Source: Mustelus asterias (taxonomy: Eukaryota). Taken from it: 64,000 nt of DNA. The notes beneath the pieces were generated by a model. It had not been told where the DNA came from and searched no databases. It saw nothing but the letters and a program-made list of their open reading frames with translations. Below are positions 25,224-37,827 of this stretch, piece by piece (position 1 is the stretch's first letter; every line of letters begins with the position of its first letter). The stretch lies in assembly GCF_964213995.1 (NCBI RefSeq), contig NC_135823.1:44082001-44146000 (forward strand). The letters are read 5' to 3'. Position numbers and translations under genes: made by a program.

Positions 25224-25849
25224 GTACCGTATGAGAATAATGTCACATCATATTTTCCATTACACTCGCTTTTGACTATTTTCACTACTGGCATGTTATT
25301 GAGGCAGGTGAAACAATTGGAAGATATCCGAATGCGACAGGTTTTAAAAAAACAAGGTTAATTTTGTCCTCTTTCCTCTGTCTCTTGTTAAGAGACGATT
25401 GCTTTAACTGGAAAAAATATAACCGAATTTGTGTTACAATTTTGATTTTCTGCTCGATGTACATCAGGTTACAATGTCATTGGGTCACTTCCATAAGTGA
25501 CCTTAATACCCCTTACAGACTGCAGGTGCCATCTTCCACCATCCGATCTTCTCCTGGTTGTTGGATGAATATTCATTTAGACTGTGAGGGCCCCATCCTC
25601 TCAGGCCCTCCTTCAAGCCACATCCCTTTAGGCCCCAGCCCTTGGCAGTGCCACCCTGGAAATTCCCTCCTGGCACTGACAACTTGGCAGTGTAGTGTCA
25701 GTGATTATGCTAGTGTGGAGTTGGAATCAGCAATCAATGAAAACTATTTATTTCAGTAAACCTATTTGCTGGCCCCCACACTTAGGCAACTCAAGCTATA
25801 AACCAGGAGAGACACTTACCTGTGTTTGGTATAAACAGTGTATTCACAT

Positions 25850-26250
25850 TAGCTAGATTGTTTTCTTTACAGCAGAGAAGGCTAAGGGGGGGACATGATT
25901 GAGGTGTATAACATAATGAGGAGAATGGACAGGGTGAGTAGGGAGCAGCTGTTCCCCTTGGTTGAGAGGTCAACCACAAGGGGGCATAGTTTTAGAGTAA
26001 GGGGGATGAGATTCAGAGGGGATTTGGGAAAACATGTTTTCATTCAGAGGGAATGGGAATCTGGGATGCGCTGCCTGGGAAGGTAGTCAAGGCTGGAAAC
26101 CTTACAACCCTCACAAAATATTTGGATGAGCACTTGAAATATCATAAGGAAATGGGACAAGTGCAGGTAAATGGGATTAGTGTGCCTTTAATGGTAGACA
26201 TTGTCAGTGCAGGTTTGATGGGCCGAATGGCTTTTCTGCACTATGTGACT
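25850..26250 (+). mobile_element. CR1 3' fragment
   Basis: MIEVYNIMRRMDRV..TRGHSF. Confidence 0.8.
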
Positions 26251-27349
26251 CATATATATAAACAATCTCTTTCATGCCAAGCCAAAAAAGTTCCTTTTCT
26301 TGTACTAACTTTAAACATGACATTGATCTTTGAAATAATGTGGTTTACTTCTTACATGTCAAAGCCAGATTGAGTTCATTATCTTTTCCGGCTTTAAACT
26401 CACCCAACAGCCAAATTCAAACCCACACTTGCAAATTCCTGGCCATTGAGGTGTCCATCAAAAGAATATTTGGTCCTGTGCTTCTCACAGGCTTGACCAA
26501 GGTCTTCACCACAGCCACATTTGTCAGTTGAAACTACCCTGCTGGGATGCCAGTAAACTGAGATGTTTGAAATCAAATGATGTGTTTTGATTGGCTTATT
26601 CTAAGTTGTCTGAATTAGCTGGTAGGTGGAGAATTGTGTCGGTAGGAGTAAGTCAGGTAACCGAGAATTGTATCAGTAGGAGTAAGTTAGGTAACCAAGG
26701 ACATCAAATTAAGCCAATTGGTTAAAAAAAAGACAAGGGAAAGTGCAAATATTTTTCCTTCAGTGAGTTGGTATGATCTAGTATGCATTGCCTGAAAGGG
26801 TGGTGGAGGCAGTAACTTTCAAAACTGAATTAGACTGTACTTAAACAGAAAAGAACAGGGCTGTGGATCTAATTGGACAACACTTTCAAAGAATGGAATG
26901 GACTAATTGGCTTCTTTCTGTGGATTCCGAGTCTGTACATAGCTAAGGTGTCAATCTGACCAAAAATGTTGTTATATTTAAATAAAGGTGTTAAGACAAG
27001 CTTCTAAAGTATAATGAAGTAATTCCTTTTCATCCCAGGCTGGTTAAAAAAATTCTGTAACTACTAAAAACTGCAGCCAGCAATAGATAGAGCAAATTAT
27101 GATCCAAATATTCTAATAGCTAAAAACGTTTCTGTCACAATTCTCATCTGAAAAAAATATTAAAATCTTTTTTATCAATTTAATTAGCATTTTTTTTCCC
27201 AACAACTTTTGTAATCAGTGTGACATTGATGCAACCAATACGTAATTGTTGGTGTTGGAAAAATGTACATTCATACTTTGGAGATGATGAGGTGTTGCCT
27301 GTTAACTATTTAAAGCTACCATAAATGACTCTTTCAATTAATTTTGCAG

Positions 27350-27718
27350 TTTTTGTGTCAAAGTTCAGAATCCTACGGAACATTAATGTCTGCAACAACG
27401 ATGATAGAGGGGACCTGGGCAATGAAGGAAACAGAGCACTCGTTGGTGTAGATAATGTTTCAACTGGTCAGGTTGGTTGCAGCAATATTGTGACAAATGA
27501 AAAGAAAGACGAGGAGAAAAAAGAGACAGCGGCCGCTGAAATCCTGCTAGATGATGACGGAGATCTGGATGTTACTCGGAGACCTAGTGATTTCCTTAAT
27601 TCTTGCGAAAAAGATCTATGGAGGGAGAAAGTGTATCCCACAATCATAAGTAAAGGGGAAGAGGTTCCCTTTGAGGAGTACGATGAGGACCGGAGTATTT
27701 GCAATGAGATCAGAATAG
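27350..27718 (+). CDS. METTL22: METTL22 coding exon 2
   Basis: ttgcag|(V)FVSKFRIL...LDDDGDLDVTRRP...EKVYPTII...EIRI|gtaag; 369 nt, phase 1-1. Confidence 0.93.
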
Positions 27719-28170
27719 GTAAGTTAGTAAAAATGCTCAGCACCGAATCATATGACATAAATTGCATTTTTGAATGCTTGGAACTGCCACATGCTGATCA
27801 AATGGGTGGTCTTTGTCTCAATAAGAAATTACGAACCTACTTAAGTTGATTTTTTAAATCTTTTGTAACCAATTAAATAAATTATCCTTATGTCCTACAA
27901 TCTTGTCGGGCAGATTGGTGCCTTTATTCTGGTTGGACCACATATGGACTAATGAGTAGTTCTGGGCACCAGACCTTAGGAAGGACATATTGGCCTTTGA
28001 GGGTTTGCAGTATAGATTTACCAGAATGATACATGGATTCCAACAATTAAATTACAAGGAGAGATTACACAAACTGCTAATATTCCCTGGAATTTGGAAA
28101 ATTAGGAGTGATTTGATGATGTTTTCAAGATATTGAGGTAGTTGGAGTGAAAGTCTTTCCACTGCTTTGA

Positions 28171-28472
28171 GGGCGGCACAGTGGTTAGCAGTGCTGCCTC
28201 ACAGCGCCAGGGACCCGGGTTCGATTCCCAGCTTGGGTGACTGTCTGTGCAGAGTCTGCACGTTCTCCCCGTGTCTGTGTGGGTTTCCTGTGGGTGCACC
28301 GGTTCCTCCCACTGTCCTAAAGACATGCTGGTTAGGTGCATTGGTCATGCTAAATTCTCCTTCAGTGTCCCGAACAGGCGTCGGAGTGTGGCGACGAGGG
28401 TATTTTCACAGTAACTTCACTGCAGTGTTAATGTAAGCCTACTTGTGACACGAATAATAAATAATAAAATAA
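28171..28472 (+). mobile_element. HE1-type V-SINE, alternative tail, nested in an old CR1 fragment (~27930-29060)
   Basis: Head, V-domain and alternative tail. Confidence 0.87.
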
Positions 28473-28555
28473 AGAGTCTCGTGGCATTGTCTAAAAATTA
28501 GAACATGACTTTTTAAGATTGAGATTAGAAAGTATTTCTACATACAAATGGTAAG

Positions 28556-28820
28556 GGGACGGCACGGTAGCACAGTGGTTAGCACTGCTACCTCACAGCA
28601 CCAGGGACCCGGGTTCGATTTCCTTGGGTCACTGTCAGTGTGGAGTTTGGACATTCTCCCCATGTCTGCGTGGGTTTCCTCCGAGTGGTCCGGTTTCGTC
28701 CCACATTCTGAAAAACGTGCATTGACCTGAACAGCCGCCGGACTGTGGTGACTCGGGGAATTTCACGGTAACTTCATTGCAGTGTTAATATAAGCCTTAC
28801 TTGTGACTAATAAATAAACT
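28556..28820 (+). mobile_element. HE1-type V-SINE, alternative tail
   Basis: Head, V-domain and alternative tail. Confidence 0.85.
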
Positions 28821-29329
28821 TTTTTTTAAAAACTTTTTTAAAAATATGATCGAAGTTTGGAACTCTCTTCCACAAATGGCAAATGATGCAAGGCTAATTG
28901 TTTATTTTAAATCTGTGCTTAATAGGTTTTCTGTTAGCCAAAGATATGAAGGAATATGGGACAAAGAGGGGTGTATAGAGTCTGACTGCAGATCAGCCAT
29001 GAGCTCAGTGAATGGCAAGGCAGGCTTGTGGCTAAATGGCCTACTCCTATTCTTATGTTCATTAGTTCAGCTTTTATACTGATGTTCAGATTTTATAAAA
29101 GATCAACTACAGAGTTGTTGTACATCATACAATCTTTCAATCATTTTAGAATTACTCGGGCCAAAAGTCCTTTTGGCACGCGACCATGACATGTTCAGCA
29201 CAAAGACTACAAATTAGCCTGGGGCATGGATGGATAAAAAAACAGTAAAAATACCATGTATAGGAAAAGTTTAGTAAGAGTTTTAACAACGCCAGGTTAA
29301 AGTCCAACAGGTTTATTTGGTAGCAAATG

Positions 29330-29366
29330 CCATTAGTTTTCGGAGCGCTGCTCCTTCGTCAGATGG
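29330..29366 (-). ncRNA. Minimal type I hammerhead ribozyme motif
   Basis: Minus strand reads CCAT-CTGACGA-A-GGAGC-AGC-GCTCC-GAAA-AC-TA-ATGG. Confidence 0.7.
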
Positions 29367-30336
29367 AGTGGAAACCTGCTCTCAAACAGGGCACAGAGAC
29401 ACAAAATCAAGTTACAGAATACTGATTAGAATGCGAATCTTTACAGCTAATCAGGTCTTAAAGATACAGACAATGTGAGTGGAGGGAACATTAAGCACAA
29501 GTTAAAGAGATGTGTATTGTCTCCAGACAGGACAGCCAGTGAGATTCTGCAAGTCCAGGAGGCAAGCTGTGGGGGTTACTGATAGTGTGACATGAACCCA
29601 AGATCCCGTTTTTGGCCGTCCTCATGTGTGCGGAACTTGACTATCAGTTTCTGCTCAGCGACTCTGCGCTGTCATGTGTCGTGAAGGCTGCCTTGGAGAA
29701 CGCTTACCCGAAGATCAGAGGCTGAATGCCCGTGACCGCTGAAGTGCTCCCCCACAGGAAGAGAACATCTTGCCTGGTGATTGTCGAGCGGTATTCATTC
29801 ATCCGTTGTCGTAGCGTCTGCATGGTTTCCCCAATGTACCATACCATGTATGTCCCGAGGCATGGTACATTGGGGAAACCATGCAGACACTATGACAACG
29901 GATGAATGAACACCACTCGACAATCACCAGGCAAGACTGTTCTCTTCCTGTGGGGGAGCACTTCAGCGGTCACGGGCATTCGGCCTCTGATCACCGGGTA
30001 AGCGTTCTCCCATGCGCCCTTCACGACACATGACAGCACAGAGTCGCTGAGCAGAAACTGATAGCCAAGTTCCGCACACATGAGGACGGCCTCAACCGGG
30101 ATCTTGGGTTCATGTCACACTATCGGTAACCCCCACAGCTTGCCTGGACCTGCAGCATCTCACTGGCTGTCCTGTCTGCAGACAATACACATCTCTTTAA
30201 CCAGTGCCTAATGCTCTCTCCACTCACATTGTCTGTATCTTTAAGACTTGAGTAGCTGTAGAGATTCGCATTCTAATCAGTATTCTGTAACTTGATTTGT
30301 GTCTCTGCATGCCTTGTTTATGAGCAGATATCCACT

Positions 30337-30373
30337 CCATCTGACGAAGGAGCAGTGCCCCGAAAGCTAATGG
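30337..30373 (+). ncRNA. Minimal type I hammerhead ribozyme motif
   Basis: CCAT-CTGACGA-A-GGAGC-AGT-GCCCC-GAAA-GC-TA-ATGG; one mismatch in stem II. Confidence 0.7.
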
Positions 30374-30754
30374 CATTTGCTACCAAATAAACCTGTTGGA
30401 CTTCAACCTGGTGTTGTTAAAACTCTTACTGTATTTACCCCAGTCCAACACCGGCATCTCCACATCATAGGAAAAGTTTTTAATCAGGGTTTTCTAAACG
30501 TGTTGCTTTGTTTACTTTAGAAATTAGAAATTTTAGTCGCTGTGGAAGAAAAATGACCCTTTTTAGGAAAGATTTTGAGTGATTCGTGAAGAAGAGACCA
30601 CCCATGTGGTGGTATGACAGAACCAGGACAACTGTTCAAATTAACATTAAAAAGCCCATTAAAACACTACCTACCGCAATACGTATTAACACACTGGCTA
30701 GAGATGGATTATTTTGTAAGGACAGAAGCATCATATAATGTAATGCACACAATT

Positions 30755-31215
30755 TTAATTTTGATTTGATTTATTATTGTCATATGTATTAATATACAGT
30801 GAAAAGTATTGTTTCTTGCGCACTATACAGACAAAGCATACCGTACATAGAGAAGGCAAGGAGACGGTGCTGAATGTAGTGTTACAGTCAGAGCTAGAGA
30901 AAGATCAACTTAATATAAGGTGTTCAATTCAAAAGTCCGATGGCAGCAGGGATGAAGCTGTTCTTGAGTTGGTTGGTACGTGAACTCAGACTTTTGTATC
31001 TTTTTCTATGTCCGGGGTGCATGGGTCCTTGATTATGCTGGCTGCTTTTCCAAGGCAGCGGGTAGTGTAAACAGAGTTAATGGATGGGAGGCAGGTTTGA
31101 GTGATGGACTGAGCTTCGTTCACGACCCTTTGTAGTTTCTTGCGGTCTTGGACAGAGCAGTAGCCGTACCAAGCTGTGATACAACCAGAATGTTTTCTAT
31201 GGTGCATCTGTAAAA
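30755..31215 (-). mobile_element. Rex1/Babar-type LINE 3' fragment
   Basis: GCITAWYGYCSVQDRKKLQRVV..IIKDP; (AATCA)n tail. Confidence 0.8.
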
Positions 31216-31453
31216 GTTTTGTACCTAAAATGTGGGATTGGAGTGCAAAAATAAAGAAGTCTTGCTAGGGTTTTGGTGAGATGCATCTGAAAATACTGTA
31301 TGCAATTTTGCTCTTCACATTTGAGAAAAGATCGGCTTGCATTGGTGGCAGTACAGCAAAGATTCACTAAATTTGTCTAGCGGATGAGACAGCTGTTCAA
31401 TGATGAGAAGTTGAACAAATTGGGCCTATATCTTTGGAATTTAGAAGAATGAG

Positions 31454-32282
31454 ATGTGGATGCAAAGCTGGGCTGAAAAATGGCAAATGGAGTTTAACCC
31501 TGATAAATGTGAGGTGATTCATTTTGGTAGGACAAATTTAAATGTGGATTACAGGGTCAAAGGTAGGGTTCTGAAGACTGTGGAGGAACAGAGAGATCTT
31601 GGGGTCCATATCCACAGATCTCTAAAGGTTGCCACTCAAGTGGATAGAGCTGTGAAGAAGGCATATAGTGTGTTAGCTTTTATTAACAGGGGGTTGGAGT
31701 TTAAGAGCCGTGGGGTTATGCTGCAACTGTACAGGACCTTGGTGAGACCGCATTTGGAATATTGCGTGCAGTTCTGGTCACCTCACTATAAGAAGGATGT
31801 GGAAGCGCTGGAAAGAGTGCAGAGGAGATTTACCAGGATGCTGCCTGGTTTGGAGTGTCGGTCTTATGAGGAAAGGTTGAGGGAGCTGGGGCTGTTCTCT
31901 CTGGAGCGGAGGAGATTGAGGGGAGACTTAATAGAGGTTTATAAAATGATGAAGGGGATAGATCGAGTGAACGTTCAAAGACTATTTCCTCGGGTGGTTG
32001 GAGCTATTACAAGGGGTCATAACTATAGGGTTCATGGTGGGAGATATAGGAAGGATATCAGAGGTAGGTTCTTCACGCAGAGAGTGGTTGGGGTGTGGAA
32101 TGGACTGCCTGCAGTGATAGTGGAGTCAGACACTTTAGGAACATTTAAGCGGTTATTGGATAGGCACATGGAGCACACCAGGATGGTAGGGAGTGGGATA
32201 GCTTGATCTTGGTTTCAGATGAAGGTCGGCACAACATCGTGGGCCAAAGGGCCTGTTCTGTGCTGTACTGTTCTATGTTCTA
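31454..32282 (+). mobile_element. Young 5'-truncated CR1 LINE (intact 250-codon ORF2 C-terminus) nested in an older CR1 (~31215-32720)
   Basis: WAEKWQMEFNPDKC..RDLGV..RPHLEYCVQFWSP..RRLRGDLIEVYK; (TTCTATG)n tail. Confidence 0.93.
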
Positions 32283-32535
32283 TTGAAACCGACAGAATTC
32301 TGAAGGAGCATGATAAGATGGATAGTGAGAGATTGTTTCTATTGGTCAGGGAGTCTGAAACACGGAGGCACAGTCTCAGCATAAGGGGCCAATCATTTAG
32401 GACTGAGATGAAGAGAAATTACTTCACTCAAGGGATTGTGAATCTTTGGAATTCTCTATCCCAGAGTATTGTAGATGCTCCATTGTTGAATACATTTAAG
32501 GCTGGAACAGAATTTTGGTCAAGCAGGGAATTAAG

Positions 32536-32669
32536 TTCTGATGAAGGGTCATCTAGACTCGAATCGGTTCTATTCTTTTCCCACAGATGCAGTCAGACCT
32601 GCTGAGAATTTCCAGCATTTTCTGTTTTTGTTTTGGATTCCAGCATCCGCAGTATTTTTCTTTTATCTG
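32536..32669 (+). mobile_element. Short Penelope-related insertion with a degenerate hammerhead-like motif
   Basis: Starts TTCTGATGAAGGGTC..GACTCGAA; flanked by AGGGAATTAAG direct repeats at 32525-32535 and 32670-32680. Confidence 0.6.
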
Positions 32670-32737
32670 AGGGAATTAAGGGATATGGGGAGCAGGCGAG
32701 AAAATTGAGTTGAAGGTCGAGATCAGCTATGATTGCG

Positions 32738-32935
32738 TTGATTTGATTTATTATTATCACATGTATTGGCATACAGTGAAAAGTATTGTTTCTTACGTGC
32801 TATATAGACAAAGCATTCCATTCATAGAGAAGGAAAGGAGAGAGTGTAGAATGTAGTGTTACAGTCATAGCTAGGGTGTAGAGAAAGATCAACTTAATGT
32901 GAGGTAGGTCCATCCAAAAGTCTGATGGCAGCAGG
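32738..32935 (-). mobile_element. Rex1-type LINE 3' end
   Basis: Same 3' UTR and tail as 30755-30960. Confidence 0.8.
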
Positions 32936-35089
32936 CTCAGTAGGCCATGTTCCTGCTCCTATTTACTGTGCTGCTTTAAGTTGGCTTAGTTTTATCACTG
33001 TGCATTTTTGTGATCAATGTTAAGGCCACAAATAAATCTATAAATCTGATCTATATCTCTGTGTAAATCTTGTACACATGCGCATTTCCTGTCAACTCTT
33101 TCAATGATAAATTTTGATGTCTAAATTAGTACTGGGAACTTGTTACTTGTAATTACACCTTTTCCTCAATAGATTCAATGGACGCCACTGGAGGGAGCTT
33201 CTAGCTATTGTGTGACCCGTTTATGTAGGCAGTTTTCATTCTAAATTTGAAGCTGGAATTTTTATTGGAAATATGAAATTAAAAATTGGATATATAGCTT
33301 TAAAGTGGGGATTGAAGTACATCTCTATATGGGCTCCATTTTTTCCTTGCCTTCTACATGTGGTCTTGACTGCCTGGCAGTGGATGGCATGTGAGATCGA
33401 CTAGTGTTAAGAGGTGGAGGTAAAATAGAGCTTATTTCATTATTTAATCGGGTTGTTCAAGCTTGGAAGGTGCTTCTAAATTTCAGTTGGAGGTCAGAAT
33501 CAGGCAATGTTAGTCATTGGTGTGAATTCTGATGGGACTGACAGATTGTAAAACATTGCTAATTAATTTCCTATGGTGTTACTCTTGGTAAGTCAAAGTA
33601 CGCACCACTTTACAAAGGTAGTAAAAGGTTTTGGCTGGAATTTCTACAATTGCGGAGTGGTTGTGCATCTGTAGTGGGATGGGAGTTTCACCTGCTACAA
33701 GAATATAACATTGAGCCCTGCTGATTTTGCTGCAGTTAGCCCACATTACATATTTCTGGATTACTGTTGAGGGGTTTTGTGGAGGCAGTGGCAAGGAGAG
33801 AGGGATTACAGATGCGAGGTCTAACTCAGCCTGGTATGTATGCCTCCTTTGTGTTGCCTGGTATGCTCAAATTAAACACTTGCAAAAGTAGTCGCATTAA
33901 TCTGCAACTTTGCCATCAGTTGCACGTGCTTTTTGGCCCTTTAACTTTTAGATGTCCCTCCACACATATCAGCATTGGGCACTTGTATTGCAGCAGTAGC
34001 GTCCCAACCTCTGAGCCACAATCTTCGGGTTTAAGTCCAACACCAGGACTTGTTGGCCGTGGAAGGAGTGTTCATACTGTGGCTGCATGGGCTGATAATC
34101 GCTCGGGAATCCTTCCCCAACTATTCCCCAAAATATGTGTGATGATATGCTTGGAATAAAATGAGGTACTTTGGGATATACAAGCATCCTTTGGACCTAG
34201 CATTGCTATGGTTCAAATGATGAAAAATACATTTGATAAAATATTTCTGTTATTCCCAAAGTTACAATATGATTCCCCAAGTATGGCTAGGCCCATTATA
34301 TGTTCCCTTCCATTTCTGGCAGATGAGAGCAAGAAACTGATGGAGAACTGTCTTAAGAATTTTCCACAAAATTTGCTAATTTTTCACTGGAGGGCCAGTG
34401 TAACTCAAGTGGAAAATCTAAGGTAAAGCATTACTATTCTGTTAAAGTGTAAATGTGTGCCACAATGTTAAATTGACCAATAAACAATGAGAGAATTAAC
34501 CCAAAGGTTACTGTTCAGTATGGACATTGGAACTCTGGCTTTGAAATGTGCCATAATCATTTAAGTACATGCTGACATTTTGTTTTCTAGGAGAGTTTTC
34601 TTGTTGATTGCAGTTTGAAGTATGATACAGCAAATTGTGTTAGATAGTGTGATGGTTGCCTGAAGTATGATCAAGCTACACAAACGTTTTGTATGTGAAT
34701 AACAGGGGCGATATCCTAGGGAATTGGGAGTGGGACGTTGTTTGGGGAACACAGTAAGCTCTTGGGTGCTGTGAAATGCAATCAGGTCGAGGATATTACC
34801 ATAGTGAGAAGGGTGCCAGAAATGGGAGCAGAATATTATAGTCTGGGAGTATTGGGAAAGGGTGGTCTACTTGTGGTCTACCATAAAGGAGTGCTAAGCA
34901 GCATAATTATGTGGTCCCTAGACGGGGCGGCACGGTAGCACAACTAAATATTGGGAAATCTAAAGCTATTGTCGGTTGTTCTCGCCACAAACTCTGTTGC
35001 CTCTCCATGGTTTGTATCCCTGAAAACTGTGTGAGCAAGATTGTTTGCAACTTTAGTATCATGACCCTGAAATGAGTTTTCAGTTACGT

Positions 35090-35490
35090 ATCCACACCCA
35101 TCACCAAGAGTTCTGACTTCCAACTTTGTTACTTTGATTGGCTTGAAATCTGCCTCAGCTCATCTGCTACTGAAATCCTCACATGTGCCTTTGTTACCTC
35201 TCGATTTGACTATTCAGTGCTCCCTTGGCTGGTGTTCCATCTTCCAACTACAAAATGTTTAACTCATTTAAATTCTGCTGCCTGTATCTTAACTTGCATC
35301 AAATCTCATTCACTTATCACCCCTGTGTTGCTGACCCTCATTAGCTCCTCGCCTCAATTTTAAACTGCTTTTCAAATCCCTTGTGACCTCGCTGCTCCCT
35401 ATCTCTACATCCTCCTCCTGCCCCACAAACCTTCATGATCTCTGCACTCCTCCAATTCTAGCCTCTTGCACATTCCTGATTCTAACCGGA
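35090..35490 (+). mobile_element. Old L2-type LINE fragment
   Basis: Similar to 45100-45450 (GCCTTTGTTACCTCTCGATTTGACTATTC..ATCACCCCTGTG). Confidence 0.6.
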
Positions 35491-36078
35491 TGTCGCCCAC
35501 AAGTCTTCCCATCTTGGACTTAATTAGGGCAGAGGCCAGAAGGCAGTGGTGTCCCCACCTTGCCACCTTCCCACTCTATTAAATGCTGCCCCACCACCAA
35601 ACCCTCTTGGAGGAGGGCACTAAAATGAGCTTCAGGAATCATTTCTTGCACCGGTAATAATGGAAATGTGCAAGTCGCTCCTCGAAAAGACTGTCAGTGT
35701 TCGGTTAATTGAAATCTTTGTTAGGCCCCAAAGTGGGGCTCGAACCCCAGCTTTCTGACTCAGAAATGGAAATGTTACCACTGGGTCAAAGTCTCACTCC
35801 ATATGCGCACTATTCCTTGTGAGTATAAACATATAACACACATTGAACATATACCAATAATACCACAATTTTCCTGTTGGGACAGAATACCATTTAGTTA
35901 CATTTTGAAATGGAACGTTGTGACCCACTTGGTGATTTTTGATGCATAATGGATAAACATAGGAAAAGGCATCATGATCTCCATGAATATTATGGATGTA
36001 ATTAGTTATGTTTGTGGTGTGAATGGCATATGAAGTTTGCCTCATCAAATACAGTGTTGTATTGTTTCCTTTTAACAG

Positions 36079-36119
36079 AACACACCATGGATACTACATT
36101 GGAGGATGTTGGAAAGCAG
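36079..36119 (+). CDS. METTL22: METTL22 coding exon 3
   Basis: aacag|(E)HTMDTTLEDVGKQ|gtacg; 41 nt, followed by an 81-nt intron. Confidence 0.95.
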
Positions 36120-36200
36120 GTACGTATATGCATCTTACAGTTGAAATTAAATATAAATAGTCTTTTAATAATTTTTTGATTGCAATCTTCTTGTCTGCAG

Positions 36201-36345
36201 GTATGGCGTGGTGCCTTCCTTCTTGCTGATTACATTTTGAACAACACCTACCTATTCAGAGGCAGCACTGTGCTGGAGCTGGGAGCAGGCACAGGACTGA
36301 CCAGCATTGTCATGGCAACTGTTGCTAAGACTATTTTCTGCACAG
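36201..36345 (+). CDS. METTL22: METTL22 coding exon 4 (SAM-binding motif I)
   Basis: ctgcag|VWRGAFLLADYIL..VLELGAGTGLTSIVMATVAKTIFCT|gtagg; 145 nt. Confidence 0.97.
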
Positions 36346-36621
36346 GTAGGATGGAAACCTGGTTGGATAACGGATTAACATAGACCTGTAGATAGAGCCT
36401 ATCCATGATTAACGCAAGTTTTGAAATTGCACTGTCAATGTGTGCAAATGTAGTGAGAAGCTGCTTTCAAATCAGTCTGTATACAGGTTAGTGCATGGTG
36501 TTGGAGCAAAATGGTTTCTCGTATAGTTTTGAGCAAGAGTACAATTTATGATTAATTATTCTGTTTATTTGTACTTAAATAAAGATGCATTAACACCATA
36601 ACATGATTCACTGATAGTGAA

Positions 36622-36966
36622 TGGGCGGTACAGTAGCACAGGGGTTAGCACTGTTGCTTCACAGCTCCAGGGACCTGGGTTCGAATCCCGGCTTGGGTCA
36701 CTGTCTGTGTGGAGTTTGCACATTCTCCTCGTGTCTGTGTGGGTTTCCTCCGGGTGCTCCGGTTTCCTCCCACAGTCCAAAGATGTGCGGGTTAGGTTGA
36801 TTGGCCATGCTAAATTGACCCTTAGAGTCCTGAGATGCGTAGGTTAGAGGGATTAGCGGGTAAATATGTACGGATATGGGGTAGGGCCTGGGTGGGATTG
36901 TGGTCGGTGCAGACTCGATGGGCCAAATGGTCTCTTTCTGCGCTGTAGGGTTTCTATGATTCTATG
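36622..36966 (+). mobile_element. HE1-type V-SINE, CR1-type tail
   Basis: Near-identical to 1021-1360. Confidence 0.9.
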
Positions 36967-37069
36967 TATTCCAGGGTAATTAATGGGGTTAAGTGGAATT
37001 AAGGGAAGGACTAATTATAGGTGTGGCAGAGAGGCAAATGGAGCCAACATAAATGAGGCAAAATATAAA

Positions 37070-37379
37070 GTTTAAAGTTAAAGTTTATTTATAAGTGTCA
37101 CAAGTAGTCTGACATTAACACAGCAATGAAGTTAGTGTGAAATTCCCCTAGTTGCCGCACTCCGGCGCCTGTTCGGGTACACTGAGGGAGAATTTAGCAC
37201 AGCCAATGCACCTAACCAGCATGTCTCTCGGACTGTGGAAGGAAACTGCAGCACCCGGATGAAACCCATGCAGACACAGGGAGAACGTGCAAACTCCACA
37301 CAGACAGTGACCCAAGCCAGGAATCAAACCCAGGTCCCTGGCCCCAGGTCCCTGGCACTGTGAGGCAGCAGTTCTAACC
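37070..37379 (-). mobile_element. HE1-type V-SINE, alternative tail
   Basis: Reverse-complement head, V-domain and alternative tail. Confidence 0.85.
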
Positions 37380-37827
37380 GCAAGAGCTAGAAACTATACA
37401 GAACCTGTATCTTAAGGAAGAGTCAAAGGGCTGGTGAATGACAATTGGAACACAGGCACAGATGAAATAAGTAAACTGGCAGAATACATGAACGCATGGG
37501 TACCTCAAAATTTGTAAACCAAAACCAAGATTCTTGAGAACAAAATTAGAAAGTCTTTCAGAAACAATCAAAATACTAATGAAATTTTGGGGGCTAAAAT
37601 ACAAAAAGAAGGAAGTAACCCTTCAATTATATTTGGAGCACGGAATTGTAAATTTGCCCTGCACTTCAGGAAAGATATTTTAACCATGGAGATGCAGCAG
37701 CATAATGGTGCTTAGAGGTTTAAGTTATGAAGATAGGTTACATCAGCCATGTGTGTGTCTGTTCAAAGCGCTGGACTTTATGTATAAAAAATGAAGTGTT
37801 TTGAATAGTTGCTTTTTATGTTTCTAG

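Larger units (their letters stand above)
29273..30466. mobile_element. Penelope-like element: two 3' portions in inverted orientation (~570-bp arms)
   Basis: 29273-29842 is the reverse complement of 29862-30430; arms encode a GIY-YIG endonuclease C-terminal remnant (WYIGETMQTL*QRMNEH..PVGEHF); flanked by ATAGGAAAAGTTT direct repeats at 29260-29272 and 30467-30479. Confidence 0.9.

Noticed and set aside
26629-26697. 34-bp tandem duplication (similar 20-bp duplication near 59990-60036)
   Set aside because: Ordinary slippage duplications with no further structure.
27325-27849. 174-aa standalone ORF
   Set aside because: It is METTL22 coding exon 2 plus read-through into flanking intron.
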